From the NCBI GenBank assembly GCA_013239625.1, contig MU053493.1, positions 2,365,793 through 2,429,792 on the forward strand: a stretch of 64,000 nt of DNA. Reading direction: 5' to 3'. Both the position numbers and the translations under genes were made by a program. Under the pieces are notes generated by a model. That model saw nothing but the letters and a program-made list of their open reading frames with translations, made no database searches and was not told where the DNA came from. The stretch is from Lama guanicoe (lineage: Eukaryota). Shown here piece by piece: positions 27,201-42,200 of this stretch (position 1 is the stretch's first letter; every line of letters starts with the position of its first letter).

Positions 27201-30200
27201 CCTTAACCTGACAAAGAAACACATCCAAGTTCAGGAAGCGCAGAAAATCCCAAAGAAAATCAACCCAAAAGGACCCCACCAGGACACATCATAATTAAAA
27301 TGTGGCAAAAATTAAGGATAAAGTATTAAAAGCAGCAAGGGAAAAGCAGTAAGTGACATACAAGGGAACACTCACAAGGCGATGAGCTGCCTTTTCAAAA
27401 GAAACTCTGCCGGATAGAAGGGACTGGCATGATACGTTCACAGTAATGAAAGGGATAAGCCCACAGCCAAGAACGCTCTCCCCAGCAAGACTTTTATTCA
27501 GATTTCATGGAGAGATCAAAAGTTTTATAGATGAACAAAAGCTAAGAATTCAGCAAAACCAAACCAGTTTTACAAGAAATGTTAAAGGGACTTCTCTAAG
27601 CAAAAAAGAAAAGGCCACAACTAGAAATACGGAAATTACAAAAGGGAAAATCTTACCGGTAAAGGCAAATATATAGTAAAAGTGTAAAGCTAGTTGGAAG
27701 GTTAAGAGACAAAAGTAAAACCATCTATATCCACAGTAAGTAGTTATGGGATACACAAAACAAAAAGATATAAAATATGATGTCAAAAACTATAAACATG
27801 GGGAGAAGAGTAAAAATGCAGGGTTGTTAAAATGTGTTTGAACTTAAGAGATCAGCAACTTAAAATAATGTCTATATATAGATTGCTATACATAAACCTT
27901 ATGGTAACTACAAACCAAAAATCTGTAATAGATACACACACACACACACACATGAGAAATGAAACCAGACTTAACACTAAAGATAGTCATCAAATCAAAA
28001 GGGAAGAGAGCAAAAGAAGGAACAAAAAAGAACTACAAAACAACCCCAAACAATTAACAAAAAAGCATAAATACGCACCTTTCAATAATTACTTTAAATG
28101 TAAATGGACAAAATGCTCAAATCAAAAGATACAGTGTGGCTGAATGGATGAAAAAACAAGACCCATGTATATGCTGCCTACACATGGACTGAAACTGAGG
28201 AAATGAAAAAGATTTCACAGAAATGGAAATGCAAGGAAAGCTGGGGTAGCAATACTTTTACCAGATAAAACAGATTTTAAAACAAAGGCTGTAATAAGAG
28301 ACAAAGAAGGACATTATATTAATGGTCAAGGGATCAACCCAAGAAGATCTAAAAATTATAAATATATATGTAACCAACACAGCAGCATCTAAACACATAA
28401 AGCAAATATTAACAAACGTGAAGGGAGAAACTGATAGTAACACAGTAACAGTAGGGGACTTTTAACACCCTACTTGCATAAACGGACAGATCATCCAGAC
28501 AGAAAATCAATAAGGACACATTGGCCTTAAACAATACAATAGACCAAATGGACTTAATTGATCTTTGTAGAGAATTTCATTTGAAAGCAGAATATACATT
28601 CTTTTGAAGTGCACATGGAACATTCTCCAGGACAGGTCACAAGATAGGCCACAAAACAAATCTCAATAAATATAAAGTAACTGAAATCATACCAGCCATT
28701 TTTTCTGACCACAACACTATGAGACTTGAAATCAATTAGAAGAAAAAAACTCCAAAAACCACAAACACAAGTAGTGGCAGTCCTAGCATATACTGCACAG
28801 CAGTCCTAACGGGCTCCCTGAGTTTTAGGCTCACCTCTATTTCCATTTCCAACATCATGTATCAGAAGCAATTCTCTGTTAGTACTCTGATCTTCAATTC
28901 CTCCCTAAAATGTATAAACAAAAACAAAGGCCCCTGTTGAACACTAAAGCTTTCCCTCTCATTCCACTAAGAAAGCCACCTTGGTGGAGGTCTGTACCTG
29001 AAGTACTCTCAATCTCAGACGAAGTGCGTGATGGTTATGAGTGTGTGTACCCATCTATCCTCGTACGATTCCACTTCCTTGAGGGAAGGTCCTTGCTGTG
29101 CCATTTGACTATCTATCATGAAATATTTGCACCCAGGAGGTAGTTACCTCATTGAAAAATATCCAGTCCTGCTAGCATTCTCCATTTATACAATGAGTTA
29201 AGTGTTACAAACCCACATGAAGATATTTAACAGGTCTGGTAATTGGTAATCATGCTTGATTTTACCACTGAAAATTTTGAAACAAAAATTTTGGGAAAAA
29301 AAATGCCTACTTCAGAACAGTTTAGCTGAATTAAAGATTCAAATGTAAAGTAAAAAGAGTGAAATCCTTCAAGTCCTGGAATAAAATATAAGATATCTGC
29401 TTTTAGAACTCTGGTAAGGTAAAGACTTTTGTAATTGTGACACCAAAGGCAGAGCCAATCAAGTGAGAGTCTGACAGATATGACCATATAAAAATTAAAA
29501 CGTTTTCCCCCCAAATCACCACCAACAACGTACACACATTTATGAAAGCAAATGGAAGAGCAACATATGCAGCACAAATGACAAGAGGCTAAGCATACAC
29601 ACAACACTCCACGAAGACAATCATCACCACGTAAATGCAACAAACAGCAAGGGGCAAGGAAGGAAAGCAACGGGCAGTATACGTGCCATGACATGATCAA
29701 CTCACGTGTCCCTGAAAATATCTCACTTGACACACTATGTTTAGTCCATAAAAGTGCTGATGAAACTGGACTCTCAATACCTCACTGGTTCTCTGATGGG
29801 CAAACTGGCAATCCATGTATCAAGAGTCATCCACGCCATCTGGCTCTAAGAAGCTATTCTTAAAAAGAATCTGAACAACTAGGTGGAAACATGATGATCT
29901 TCAACAGTTTTTCTTAGTACTTGTGGAAACTGGACAGTGAAATGCCCATCGATGAATGGGCTGAGTAAGTGTGCACACACAGCCACGTGGATGTACACTA
30001 GAGTGCTCACAGAGTTTTTTCTCCAGGAAGGTGTTTTTGCCCATTTATTTGCTTCATAATGCTTTTCTGGTATGTTCAGAATTTTAGTAAAAACTATGCA
30101 TGCTCATTGTGCTACAAACAGTTTCTTTTTCTACCTTCTCTTCACCTATTCTTAAACAAAATTAAGCATATTTATGGTAGTTATATTCTCAAAGGAGTTC

Positions 30201-33200
30201 TAACAGTTTAATTCAACAGAAACGAAATTTATAAGTCTAATGCCCAAGGAGTCTTAAGTTTATGGAAAGATAATCATATCAACCATCATACTGTAAGAGC
30301 ACAGAGAAGAAGACAGATTAGTAGATCGGGGGTGGGGTTGGTGGATGGGCACGAGGAGGAGCTGGTTATTCAGAACTGAGAAAAAAAAAAGCCATATATA
30401 ATGACTTGAGGTTCTGGTTATGGCCGGAGATGAGATAAGAAAGACATCTTACAATGAAAGACCACATTCTGAGATATTGGGGTTTTATTCTTAAAGTGAT
30501 GAAAAACTTAACATATATTAATAACATGAAATGAAATGAACAACTCTCTGCTAATTAAAACACTCTTCCATCCAACCCTCCTATAGCTTCTCCCTAAAGA
30601 GCAAAGAATACTTCCCCAAGCTTCCCGAGTTCCACATTTCCAAATGATGTAGCTAAGCAGTCAGAGGAAAATTCACTCTGTAAGCTGCCCCAAATCCTTT
30701 TCTTATATGTGCTATTTCAAACACATAACTTGTTTGGGACTATTTCTTATAAAACATTTCTATAGTGAAAAAGTTTGGAGTGCAGGAATACAACTTTCCT
30801 GGATGCATTATCGATGTGGGGCACGTGTTCTGAATATTTTGCATCAGAAAACAAAACAATTCAGTATTTCAGAAGAATGAAGGGCTTCCAAAGTTGGAGA
30901 TATGGGTGAAGCTCACAACCTGAGATACAGGGAGAAAAATCCAGTTTACCTACGGTGCTCATCTGAAAAACACTATTCAATTTATAAAAACCAGTAAGTA
31001 TAAACATTAGCAATTTGCTTCTGTAAATGCTACAATCTCATGTTATAAAAACTATTTAAAAACTCTACCATCAACAGCCAGTCTATAAATGAACTGCAAT
31101 TTAAAAATAACGTATCAGTTAACAGTTGTAACAATACGATGACAGTGAAGTGGTGGAAACACATTCACAACAAAGGATGCCTGTCATCTGGAATGCGGGA
31201 ACTAAATCCGGGGTCTACTGCATCATGCGAATGTTCTCATCTCCCCAGCAAGGACACTGGGGGAAAATAAGCCATCAGCCGGGCAGCTGGCACAGGTGAG
31301 AGAACACAGCTGAGGGGCAGTCTCGGGAAACACCCTTCCAGCTCTCAGCTCAGCCCCCAGAAGTCAGGGTGCCATGCAACCTCCTCACTCCAGCCCTCTC
31401 CTTTCTGTCAGGTCCACTGTGCTTGGAGCGTCTGCTACAAAGTGCCAATGGACGAGGCAGGACAAACCCTCCATCTGCCCAGCCTCCTCCTCCCGCTCTA
31501 TCACCGGAGCCAAGGCCTCGGGGATTACCTTCCTCCGCCCTTCCAGAGGCTAAGGGAGGCAGACACAGGCGGGCGGCACAGTGGTTAACGTGCTCCTCAC
31601 TGCAGGTATGATTTCAGCAGGACTGTCACACTTAAAAGACTTCTTAGACAAATACGAAATAGAAGAGAGTCTAGCAATATACTAAAAAACGCTAAATGCA
31701 GCATGAAACATCTCTACAAAAAACAAACAAAACTTTCACCACCTCCTCTCCTCACCCTACATCACACTAACAAAAGAGTGACCACAGAAACTTTGCCCAT
31801 TAAACAAGCCCTGTAACAGAGAACAGGGCTGTATACTACAGACTCTAAACTGACTCTATGCCAAGATTTAGTCTCAGTTAAGTCTTTTTTAACAAGGGGA
31901 ACAGAAAGCCAACCATTCAACCACTTCCCCCTTCCTTCCTTTTTCAATCAAAAAAAATCCTGGTATCTGACCTTTGAGAAAATGCACACCAGTGACAACA
32001 CACAGTACCACTATTAGAAGAAAGAAACATTCTTACTTGTCAACAGCTGACTTGAGACCTACTGTTTCAGTTTTTATTTTCTCAAATACAAAGAATGAAT
32101 TCAAACCCCAGAAACCTATCAACAGTAAAGTTGGTACCTTTACTAAATTAAAGGCAAAAAAAAAATACTTACAATTTTTGCATTTTTCCCACTTTTCCTT
32201 AATTGCTGAACAGCAAAAGCGTGTTCAACATTATCCATTGAAACTCCATTAACCATTGCAACTCGGTCATTTTCCCTAAGGAAAAACAGAAAAGGGACCA
32301 AAATAGTAACATGTTAGAGACAAGCAGACAAATAAGCCTGTAAAAATATTTTTAAGATGGGTACTTTTAAAAACATACTCGAATTATGGGCTAACTGATC
32401 TATTTGTCTTCAGATCAACAATAAAATAAGGTCAAACTGTTTACTTTCAGATCCCCCACAAGCAATGTTTAGCAAGTAAGTAACCACAGGTCATTAACTT
32501 TACCTACTAACACACAGTGTTTCCCTGGATCGAGCAGGTAGCACAGAAAACAAAACGACTTTTGGTGGTACAGTTACAGGCATTAAGTGATACTAAGTCA
32601 CAAGGCTGGAAAAAGCTATTTCCTCTTTAAAATAAAAAGTCTTTCTCCTTCTAATTTTCTTCCAGTCCTTCTAATCATAAACTCATTTTTCTGCTGATGA
32701 ATGCCCTGTCTCTCTTTATCCTGCTAATCTCCTTACTGAACAAAAAAAGTAAGACTCAGGGTGAGAGGCTAAAAGCTAGATTCCAACCCAAACTGAGTAA
32801 CAAGTTTTCTTTTCACTATCTTTGTTTTTTACAGTGACCTTCTATTTAAAGTAAGTGATGCCAGCTTTCCATTTATGACCGAGGGAAGTGTAAGGGAGCA
32901 TTAATTCAGGGAACTCACTAACACGTGCACCAGTGACCGAGGGAGGGAGCGCGCTTACTGTAGCTGTCCTTCAGCCGGGCCCCCCTTCAGCACGTCGGAG
33001 ATCACTATGGAGGTCTCCCCGCTCTGGAAGTGGGGGTTGTCTCTTCCACCAGATATTGCAATTCCAAACCCAAATCCAGGAGCCTAAAGTCATAATCACA
33101 GTACAATGCTGTTATTTAAAAAAATTGTTCATTATTTCATACTCCACCATGTAAAAAAGTTAAAACATGAAAACTACAATCTTATTACGCTGTGGTATGG

Positions 33201-36200
33201 GAATGCATCTCTGATAAACTCAATGCTAGACATAACAAAGTATTAAAAATGGCCAATTACATGAATGTTCTTTAGACCTAAAACACATTTAAAAATTCTG
33301 AACACTGAAATCCAAAAGTCCCAATTTGCTTATCAGGAGGGTTCCTCAGGGGACTGGCAGTGGCCCAGCGGGAGCCTCACAAACACTGGCAACTCAACAC
33401 ACAGCCTTACTAGCATACACACTGGGTACCAAATTAATATAATAAAATATCAACAGCTGTGAAAATTAACTTCTTTCACTTATGCTAAAAACCTCTATTG
33501 ATGTAGTACACTATAATATCTTATACACACTGCATACAATAGAAAGTATACATTAATCACATTAAGCATTTAAAAATTACTTCTATTTTTAATGAAGGAA
33601 AATCACAATTAATTATATACTTCTGAATGAGCTGAAAATCTTTACCACAATGATGGAGGATAGCCCAGTACAGAAAAAAAATCAAAATAGTTCCTCGTTA
33701 TTTAAAAATTACCAATTCTCAAAGAAATCCACACGATTCCTTAGAAAAGAACTGAAGTATTCGAGTAGTCTAAAGAAACATCTAATATTTTTCTAGGGCC
33801 CCAGTATCAACAAGTCAGAGAACATGTTTTCATATCATGCTGTACTACACCATGCTCTATAATCCAAACCACCTGAGGACAAAGGTAACAACCTCCTTCC
33901 ACAACCATCCACCCACAAAGGAGACCATGTCCACTATGGACAGGGGGTATGTCATGACCTTCCCCCCGTCCACCCCAGAAGTATTGAAACAGCCAAAGAA
34001 GAAGAAAAAAGAAAACAATCTTCTCAAAAAAGAATAAACGCCAGCAATTCCACTCCTAGGCACGGACCCAAGAGAGATGAAAGATACGTGCACACAGAGA
34101 TTATACCCGAGCACAGTAGCAGCATTTATACTAGCCAGAAAGTGGAAAGAACCCAAATGTCCATTAACTAATGACTGGATAAACAAAATGTGGAATATCC
34201 ATAAAAATGAATTATTATTAGCAATAAAAAGAATGAAGCACTGGTACATGCTACAAAATGGGGAACCTGGAAAACATTATGCTGTGTAAGAGCAGCCAAC
34301 CATAAAAGACTATGTATCATATAATTTCTTTTAATATTCAGAATATTCAGAAAAGATGAACCTATAAGAGACAGAAAGCAGACTGGTGATTGTCTAGGGC
34401 CAAGGGTGGGAGGGAATGGAAAGACTGGGTACATTATTCCTTTTCAGGGTGATGAAATGTTCAAAAAGTGACTCTGGTGATGGTCACACAACTCTGTGAA
34501 TATATTAAAAACCACTGAATTGTACATTTTAATGGTGTTATGAGTTATACTGCAATAAAGCTAATACCAAAAAGAAAAGTTAATGTGAAAAAACAAACAG
34601 GAAAACAGCTGGGTAGCAGAAGATAAAGGCAACTTCCTGAATCTGTGTCTCTCTATAGAGCCTCCAAAAGAACACAAACACAGATCACTATACAAAAGCT
34701 GACAGACCCTCAGGATAACTCGAAAACGGAGAATAATCAAATTTCAAAATCGCTAGAAGCGGAACTAAACTTTCAAAAATAAAGAAAATAAGAAACAATT
34801 AGAAAACAAGTATCAGCACAGAATTAGAAAACATAGACTACAGAACAAATTCAAATGAATTAAAAACCTAGAGGAAACAGATAATTTCCTACAGAGCTTC
34901 GGGTTATTCTACAGGGAACAGAAGGGCTCTTAATAGCCTGTGATTGGGCCGTGACTGTTAGGGCGGCGGGGGGCCACTGCCTCGACCTGGGCTCTGATGC
35001 CAGCTCTGCCCACTACTGCTTCTCTACCTTCCCTGCAAACATCAACACACTGAAGAGAGGAAAGTCTGCCCTAAGCATAAAAAGGTTCCAGAGACCTTTC
35101 AGGGTCCTCAGCCCATACTCTGAAAACAGTGATATTAGGAACCACTAAAAAAGTGAGGAAAAAGAGCCAGAAACCCAATGAAACAGACAATTTACGAAAG
35201 ATATGGGGTGTGAAAACTCTTAACTGGAGACATGCAAATTAAAACCACAGAGAGAATGGTAAAAATTAAAGTATAACAGCACATTCTGTCACGAAGCTGT
35301 AGAAAAGCAGGCATCCCTGCTACCAGGCGTGCAAACCACTGTGACCCTCTCGGAGAGGAACCTGGTCCCATTTAACAAAAGGACAAAGAAAGCTCTTATC
35401 TTTTGTCAGAGCAACCGGTTTCTAGGAATGTACCCTGAAGATCACATGCACATCTCCAACAAGAAGAAGACACACATGCACACAGTTATTCACTGAGGCT
35501 GTTTGTAATCGCAAATACTAGAAGAAACACTAAATGCCCAAAGGCTACCTCCAGGGCAGTTTGGAGAGAGTGTGAGTGTGTGTGTGTGTTTGAGTGTGTG
35601 AGAGTGTGTGTGTGTGTGTGTGTGTGCCTGCTTTTTTTCCTCCTTAGAAGAGGCTGGAACCGATGTTTTACTCTATATACTTTTATACTGTGCATTTGTT
35701 TCTTGCTTGGTAATTCTTTTATTTAAAAATTTAAGATATAACACAAAAATATTAAAGAAATGCTGAAAACATCAGAAGCTTTCAACAAAGAAAGCAGAGA
35801 TGAATAGATACTTTCTTAAGATTTGTTTGAGAACAAGCAGGGTACAGTCCTGGCTCAGCATGGCAGGGCCCCAAAGCCAGAGGCACATCGCTACCTGCAG
35901 TCTGGCCCCTCGAAAGGTGCAGTCCCTGGGGCCGCGCTACAGCTCATCAATGACCACCCGGCAAGTCTGTGATGCCCAGTGCTGGCTACAGAGGAGAATC
36001 CTTCAGGATCAGTTTCAAAAGTGCCTGATGGTTTCTGAACCCCCACCCCATACCAATTAACTAAAAATGGAGGAAGGGAGATGGTAGGCATTTAAAAAAA
36101 GACCTCCCAAGTGAATCTAACAGGTAGCCAGGGCTGAGAAGCTCGGCCTTAAAGCTTGGTGAACATCAGACCTGGTGATCGTCAAAAAAAACTAACAGCT

Positions 36201-39200
36201 TCGACTATCCCACACTTCCCCCTCCCTCCTGGGGACGGTTTCCTTCTGAAATCTCTTCTCTGAGACCTTCACCACTGCCTTACTGGGCCTATTCCATAGA
36301 CTTCTTCCCTCCTCTGTGCTATAGTGTACCCTCCATCCTGTTCGAAGGATTACAATTCTATAACAACCCTGATCCTGTCACTCCATTGCCCTCAGTGTAC
36401 AATACCCTGAACAGTACCAGCTCGACTCCCGGCACCCCAGTGTTGGCTCCAAACACATTTACCCACTGATCCCCACTGCCGCGTGCCATGCACTGTCAAA
36501 TTCTAAGCTTTTACACCGCTCCCTTGCCTAGGATTCCTCTAGTACCTCCTGAGTCTTGCAAGCAGCAGCTCACCCTTCAACACCCAGGTTCAGGGTCATC
36601 TCAATCATAACACCATAGTCACTTTCCACAGGTAGAAGCGGCCCAACCTGTGTGCTCCCAGAGCACAGACACACCCTCCCGCCCCTTATCACCGGCATTG
36701 TAGGTAGCCCGGGCACCTCAGCCCCTCCTGGGAGGGATTTACACATTCTCCTGCACACTCCAGCCAAGTATCACCCTGCAAGGGCCAAACATGAAGTGCT
36801 TCATCAACGTTGATGCACTCAAACAAGTATTCCCCTTTAGAGCTGTCTGTTTAAAATTCAGTACTAATTGGAGCACTAGAAACTCATCAGCAGCTGCAGC
36901 AGTAGCAGGGACTTGGAATCTTCCTGAATCTCCAACTAAGAACAAGCAGATACAACAAACCAAAGACCCACTGACATTTACAACCAAACCAGGTTAACAA
37001 TGTATCCTCTCAAGGTGCCAAAGTAAGTGGGGAGATAAGCAATACCTATGAGACCTGTGTGTCCCCAGCATCTACATGGCAGGGAAGTCCCCAGGTGCCT
37101 GACGCACCTAAGACCTGAAGAACCCCGTGAACAGCTGAGAGGTGTCCATTGGGAAGAATGGCGGGACAGCCTGAGAGGAGCCGCTGAAACCGGGAGGGAG
37201 CCGCCTTTCCAGTGTTAGGTGAGAAAGGAGCCTGCAGTCGAGCCTGCACGTCGGCAGGGCCCCACCCCACGGGCAGCGATCTGACTTGAGTAGAGCGGAA
37301 ACAGCCAAGGAAAGGGCAGGGCCAGATAACAGGGGACGAAGGGCACGAAGTGGGGAAATGTCAGAAAGCAGCAGCTGTGTTTTTAGCAATGCACACACAA
37401 GGAAGCTAAGTGAATTTCTAAAAGCTAAACAACAAAAAAATAAAAAGAAAAAAAATTTCACGTAAAAAATGACCAAAAAAAAAGGGAATATGATTAAATC
37501 CCTTGCAAAATTACTGTAGAGGACAAGAAGCAGGAGACTATCCCTACAGAAGCATGCCACAGAGAACTCGCAACCAGCAACATCAAGGATCAACACTGTC
37601 ACCACCATGGAACAAGTGAGAAGGCATTAAGAAAATATACAAGACAAGAAAGAATATACATAAGAATTTTAAACATTCAGAAATGAGGCTGACAGAATTC
37701 AAGAGCTAATTAAAAACTGTAAAAAGCCACTTTAGATAGGAGCACAAGACCAAATAAACATAATACCATGAAAGAAACAGAAAGTAAAAAGGAGAAATCT
37801 TTTTACAAACAAAAAAGAAATGACATAGAAGACTTTTTTAAAAAGAATAGGAGGGAAAATTACAAATATTGAAGACAGGCAGGAGAGATACAACACTTGG
37901 ATAATGGGAGTTCCTCAAAAACTCAATGAAAATAAGGGAAGAAAAAAATAGTAAAACTAAAACGAAATAAAAAAAGAAATTTTGTGATATATCCTGATAT
38001 ATATACATATATATTTCATTGAAACCATAAACTCAAAGGGCACAAATCACTGTAAGTATCTGAGAACATCAATTCAGAGGAACTAAATATATTCAAATAA
38101 AATGACTAGATTTCAAGGAAGACTTTGGCATCTAGACAAAAAGAGCTAGAACTTAAATAATACAGTTAAGATACTCAAGGGGAACAATGACCTAAGCAAG
38201 GGTTTTACATCCAGTAAAACTGATGCTCGAGGATAAAACGGCACAGGAACACCGGTAAATAGACAAAAACAACGTAGGGAGTATTGGTTTTCATGATCCC
38301 CTCCTAGGGACTCTGACAGAGAGTAACTTTCCGACCATCAGAATGACAGGAGACATGTGGAAGGACTAGGCATCAGTGTTAAATACACACCTACTTATAA
38401 TATTAAGGCTGAATGAGGATCACAGGCTGACAGGTTTCAGTTATACAACAGCTATATGATCCAGATACAGTGAAACCATTTTTTCAAATGGGGAGAGGAA
38501 CAGGGGGAACATGTGTAACAGTTTTTAAATATTGTTTCCAGTAATCAAAATTAACAGGAGTAGAATTATTACTCCAAGGCAATCGTATGCTCTGTACTGG
38601 ATTTACAAAGGACGGTGCTTTCCAGAGGGACTTTCAAAAGAATGGAAAACAATTAATTTTTCTCATATATTTTTACCATAAAAAATTTTAGGTGTCAAAA
38701 CATAGTTGATTTGTATATGTTTACATGAGAAAAATGTCCAAGATAATGTTTTTTATTACAGTGTGGGGGAAGTGGTTAAGGCCCTATAATAGGCTCTTAT
38801 TATTTGTACGTGTGCACACACACATGGTTACAGCTTCTGGAGGGAAGAAGGAGCATCAAAGAACTTTATTTTCATCATACTTCAGCCTTTCGAGACCACA
38901 GGCAGCCAGGAGCAACAGAAACACGTATCTTCCCCTTTGCCTGGCAGTGAGACTGAATCTATGACAAGCAAGAGGCCTGGGATCTGTTCCCTCCCTGGCT
39001 CTGCTGGACCCTGGCCCTGCCCAGCCCATGACCGTGATTGCTTCTGCACAGAGGGGCTGCAGCAGGGGCCACACGGCCACCACGCTGAACCCATCCACTA
39101 CCTGACCTCCTACGGCAGAGCTCTGCTCACTCATCTGTTAAAGCATTTCCTGGTTCCTAAAAAGAAAAAACAAAAAAAATCCTGAAAGTTGATTCAGTTG

Positions 39201-42200
39201 AAGAAATCTAACTGCATAATGTGGATACATCTCTCCTCCAAAGATTCTTTTCAATTTCCTTCAAATAAGCCCCGTTCTCTACCTAAAGATCCCCCTGTGA
39301 CGGTCTTATTTTTTCTCCTGTTTTCTATTCCAGATTTCTACATCCAGCTCACTGAAGTCGAGTGTTTCTCACCAATTACAGTTTTGCTCCTCTCCCTTGA
39401 TAAGGATTCTCCCCGTCAGCTCTCCACCTCTATGGTACCTGTTCTAGTCGTGCGTCTCCAGTGAGCACTGGGATCCCAACGTTTTAAGACCAAATGGACC
39501 CTTGGCCACCATCCGCTTCAATTTCCTTTTCACGCGTTATATCAGAAGGCTGGAGTCCCAAGTTGTCACTCTGCTCGCTGCCTGCCTGTAGGGCTTCTGT
39601 GGATCTGGTTTCTCTCATTTGAGTAAGAGACTAGGATTTTATCAACTCTGACATATTTCTATGAGGTCCCAAGAGATCCGAAAGGCCTGCCTAAAATTAG
39701 TTACAGTGGTAAGCCCAAACTAGTTTAGGAGTCACAGGTTTCCCACCTCACCTTGGTAGCTCTCAAAATGTTGCTTAAATGTCTATGACTGTTAGATTGG
39801 TTCTTTTTTTTACCTCTGTGTCCTTAAATAGTCCCCTGGCTACTCAAATTGTGTGTGTGTGTGTGTGTGTGTGTGTGAGTGTGTGTCTCCCTACTGATTC
39901 CTTCATGGTGATGCTCACTCTTATGGTTCTGATTCCCAAATTACAGGTTTCATTTCTAATTCCTATTCCACTTTCCTATTTCCAGCTTCTTCCAGGACAC
40001 TTCCAATTGCCCTTCTCCAAAACTGTCATTTTCTCCACAAAACTGACCTCATCACAAATGTTTTCAGCTTAAAAAAAATAGATGCCAGAATTTTGGCTCC
40101 TTCCTTACCAAGGTTACTATGTTTTATTCTTTTTATTGTATGTATATGTAGTTTACGGGATAGAATTACCTAAGTTCTGAATTTCAGATATTAGATTTCA
40201 TACCTATTTCTTATGTTTAAAATTAAATTTTACATACATATAAAAAGAGCATTACATGCTGAGTCCAAAGTCTTGTGTTCAAGATCCACCTCTCTGGGAC
40301 ATTTCACCAGAACTTTCTGAGACTCAGTTTATTCCATGTGATTAATATCACCTATTTCACAGAGGATTAAAATAAAATGAAGGCTGTGAAACATTCACAA
40401 TGCACTCTATAAATGTAAACACTGGCCTTCAACCAGATAAAACAAGGCTAGCTTAGTTTCCTTGCATACCTCAGTGTTCAGTGCTCACTTTGGACTTACC
40501 GTATACTAGCTTAGAGCTACTCTACAGATATGCAGGGTTCCCTTCCTCACCCCTTTCCAGAGAACAGCTTTACTGACATATAATCAGTCACCTAACACTA
40601 AATTCCCTCTTTAAAATGTACAATTCAGTATTTTCCTATATTCAGAGCTGTGCAACCATCAACACAACTAATTTTATACCATCTTTATCACTCTAAAGAG
40701 AAACTCCCTACCCTCCACCCATCACCCCTGTATTCCTTCAGTCCTAAAAACCACTAGCCTACTTTCTATCCATTCACCTGTTCTGGCCATTTCACATAAA
40801 TGCAATCATACAACATGGCCCTCTGTGACTGGCTTCTCTGAGTGAGTGTCATGGTTTGAGGTTCACCCGTGTCATGGCACGTGTCAGTACTGCACTTCTG
40901 TTTACTGCTAAATAATACTCCAGTGCATGGATAACCACATTTCATCAGTGCATGGGCATTGGGTTATCTGCACTTTCAGGCTACTGAGAATCATGCTATG
41001 AACAGTCATGTGTAAGTTATGATGTGGATATCTGTTGCCACATCTCTTGGATAGATACCTAAGTGTGGAACTCCTGGGTCGCGTGGAAATTCCATGTTTA
41101 ACTTCTGAGAATACTCTTACTCAGTTTACCACAGTGGGTGCACTATTTTACATGAGTACCTGCCAACATCCACATCCTCATCAACACTTGTTATTGTCTG
41201 TTTCTGTGGTTACAGCCATTCCAGACGGTGTGACAGGGGATCTCACTGTCACTTTTGACAACATTTCTCTCATGGCCAATGATATTGACCATCTTTTCAC
41301 GTTTACTGGATAGTTCTCTGTCTTCTTCGCAGAAATGTCTATTCAAACCTTCTGTCCATTTAAAAAATGGAATTATTTGTCTTTTTACTATTGAATTATA
41401 GATTTCTATATTCTGGATACAAGTTCCTTATCAGATAGGTAATTTGCAAATATTTTCTCCCATTGTGGGTTATCCTTTCGCTTCCTTGTTCAAAATTTCT
41501 TGGTTTCCTTCTAAAACACAAAAGATTCAAATTTTGATGCGGTCCAGTTTTACCTGCTGTCTCTTTTGTTGCTTGTACTTTAATATCGTATCTAAGAAAC
41601 CACTGCCTAACCCGGGTCATAATGATTTATTCCTGTGTTTTCTTCTAAGAGTTTTACAGTTTTAGTGCTTACATGTAGGCCTATGACCCGTGTGAAGTTG
41701 ATTTTTGTTTCTGATGTGAGGTAGGAGTCAAAAATCATCACTCTCCATGTGGTTAACCAGTGGTCCAGCACCATCGGTCGCTCACTGCACTGTCTTGGCC
41801 CCCTGGTCCCAAGTTACTTCTTACCCAGTCACTTCCTACTTGAAACACATGGCTGCTCATCCTTAGGTTATCTCTTAACTAGATTCTTTGCTTTCAACAC
41901 ACTTTCACCTTTAACATTTTTTTTTAAGTTTTAGGTATACAATGTATACAATACTGTTTTTTAAACTTTTTAAAAGTATAGCTGATTTACATATAATCAA
42001 CATAGTGATACAAATTTGTATAGATCATACTCCATTTAAAATTATTATAAAATATTGGATATATTTCCCTGTCCTGTACAATACATCCTTGTAGCTTATT
42101 TATTTTATAAATAGTAGTTTGTACTTCTTAATCCCCTACTCCTTTGCTGTCCCTCCCCCCCGCCATAACCACCAGTTTGCTCTCTATATCTAAGTCTGTT

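Noticed and set aside
29227..37608. Longest minus-strand ORFs (29227..29733, 168 aa; 37108..37608, 166 aa)
   Set aside because: Low-complexity F/L/C/V-rich antisense readings of A-rich old L1/HAL1 sequence; not part of the TJP1 frame.
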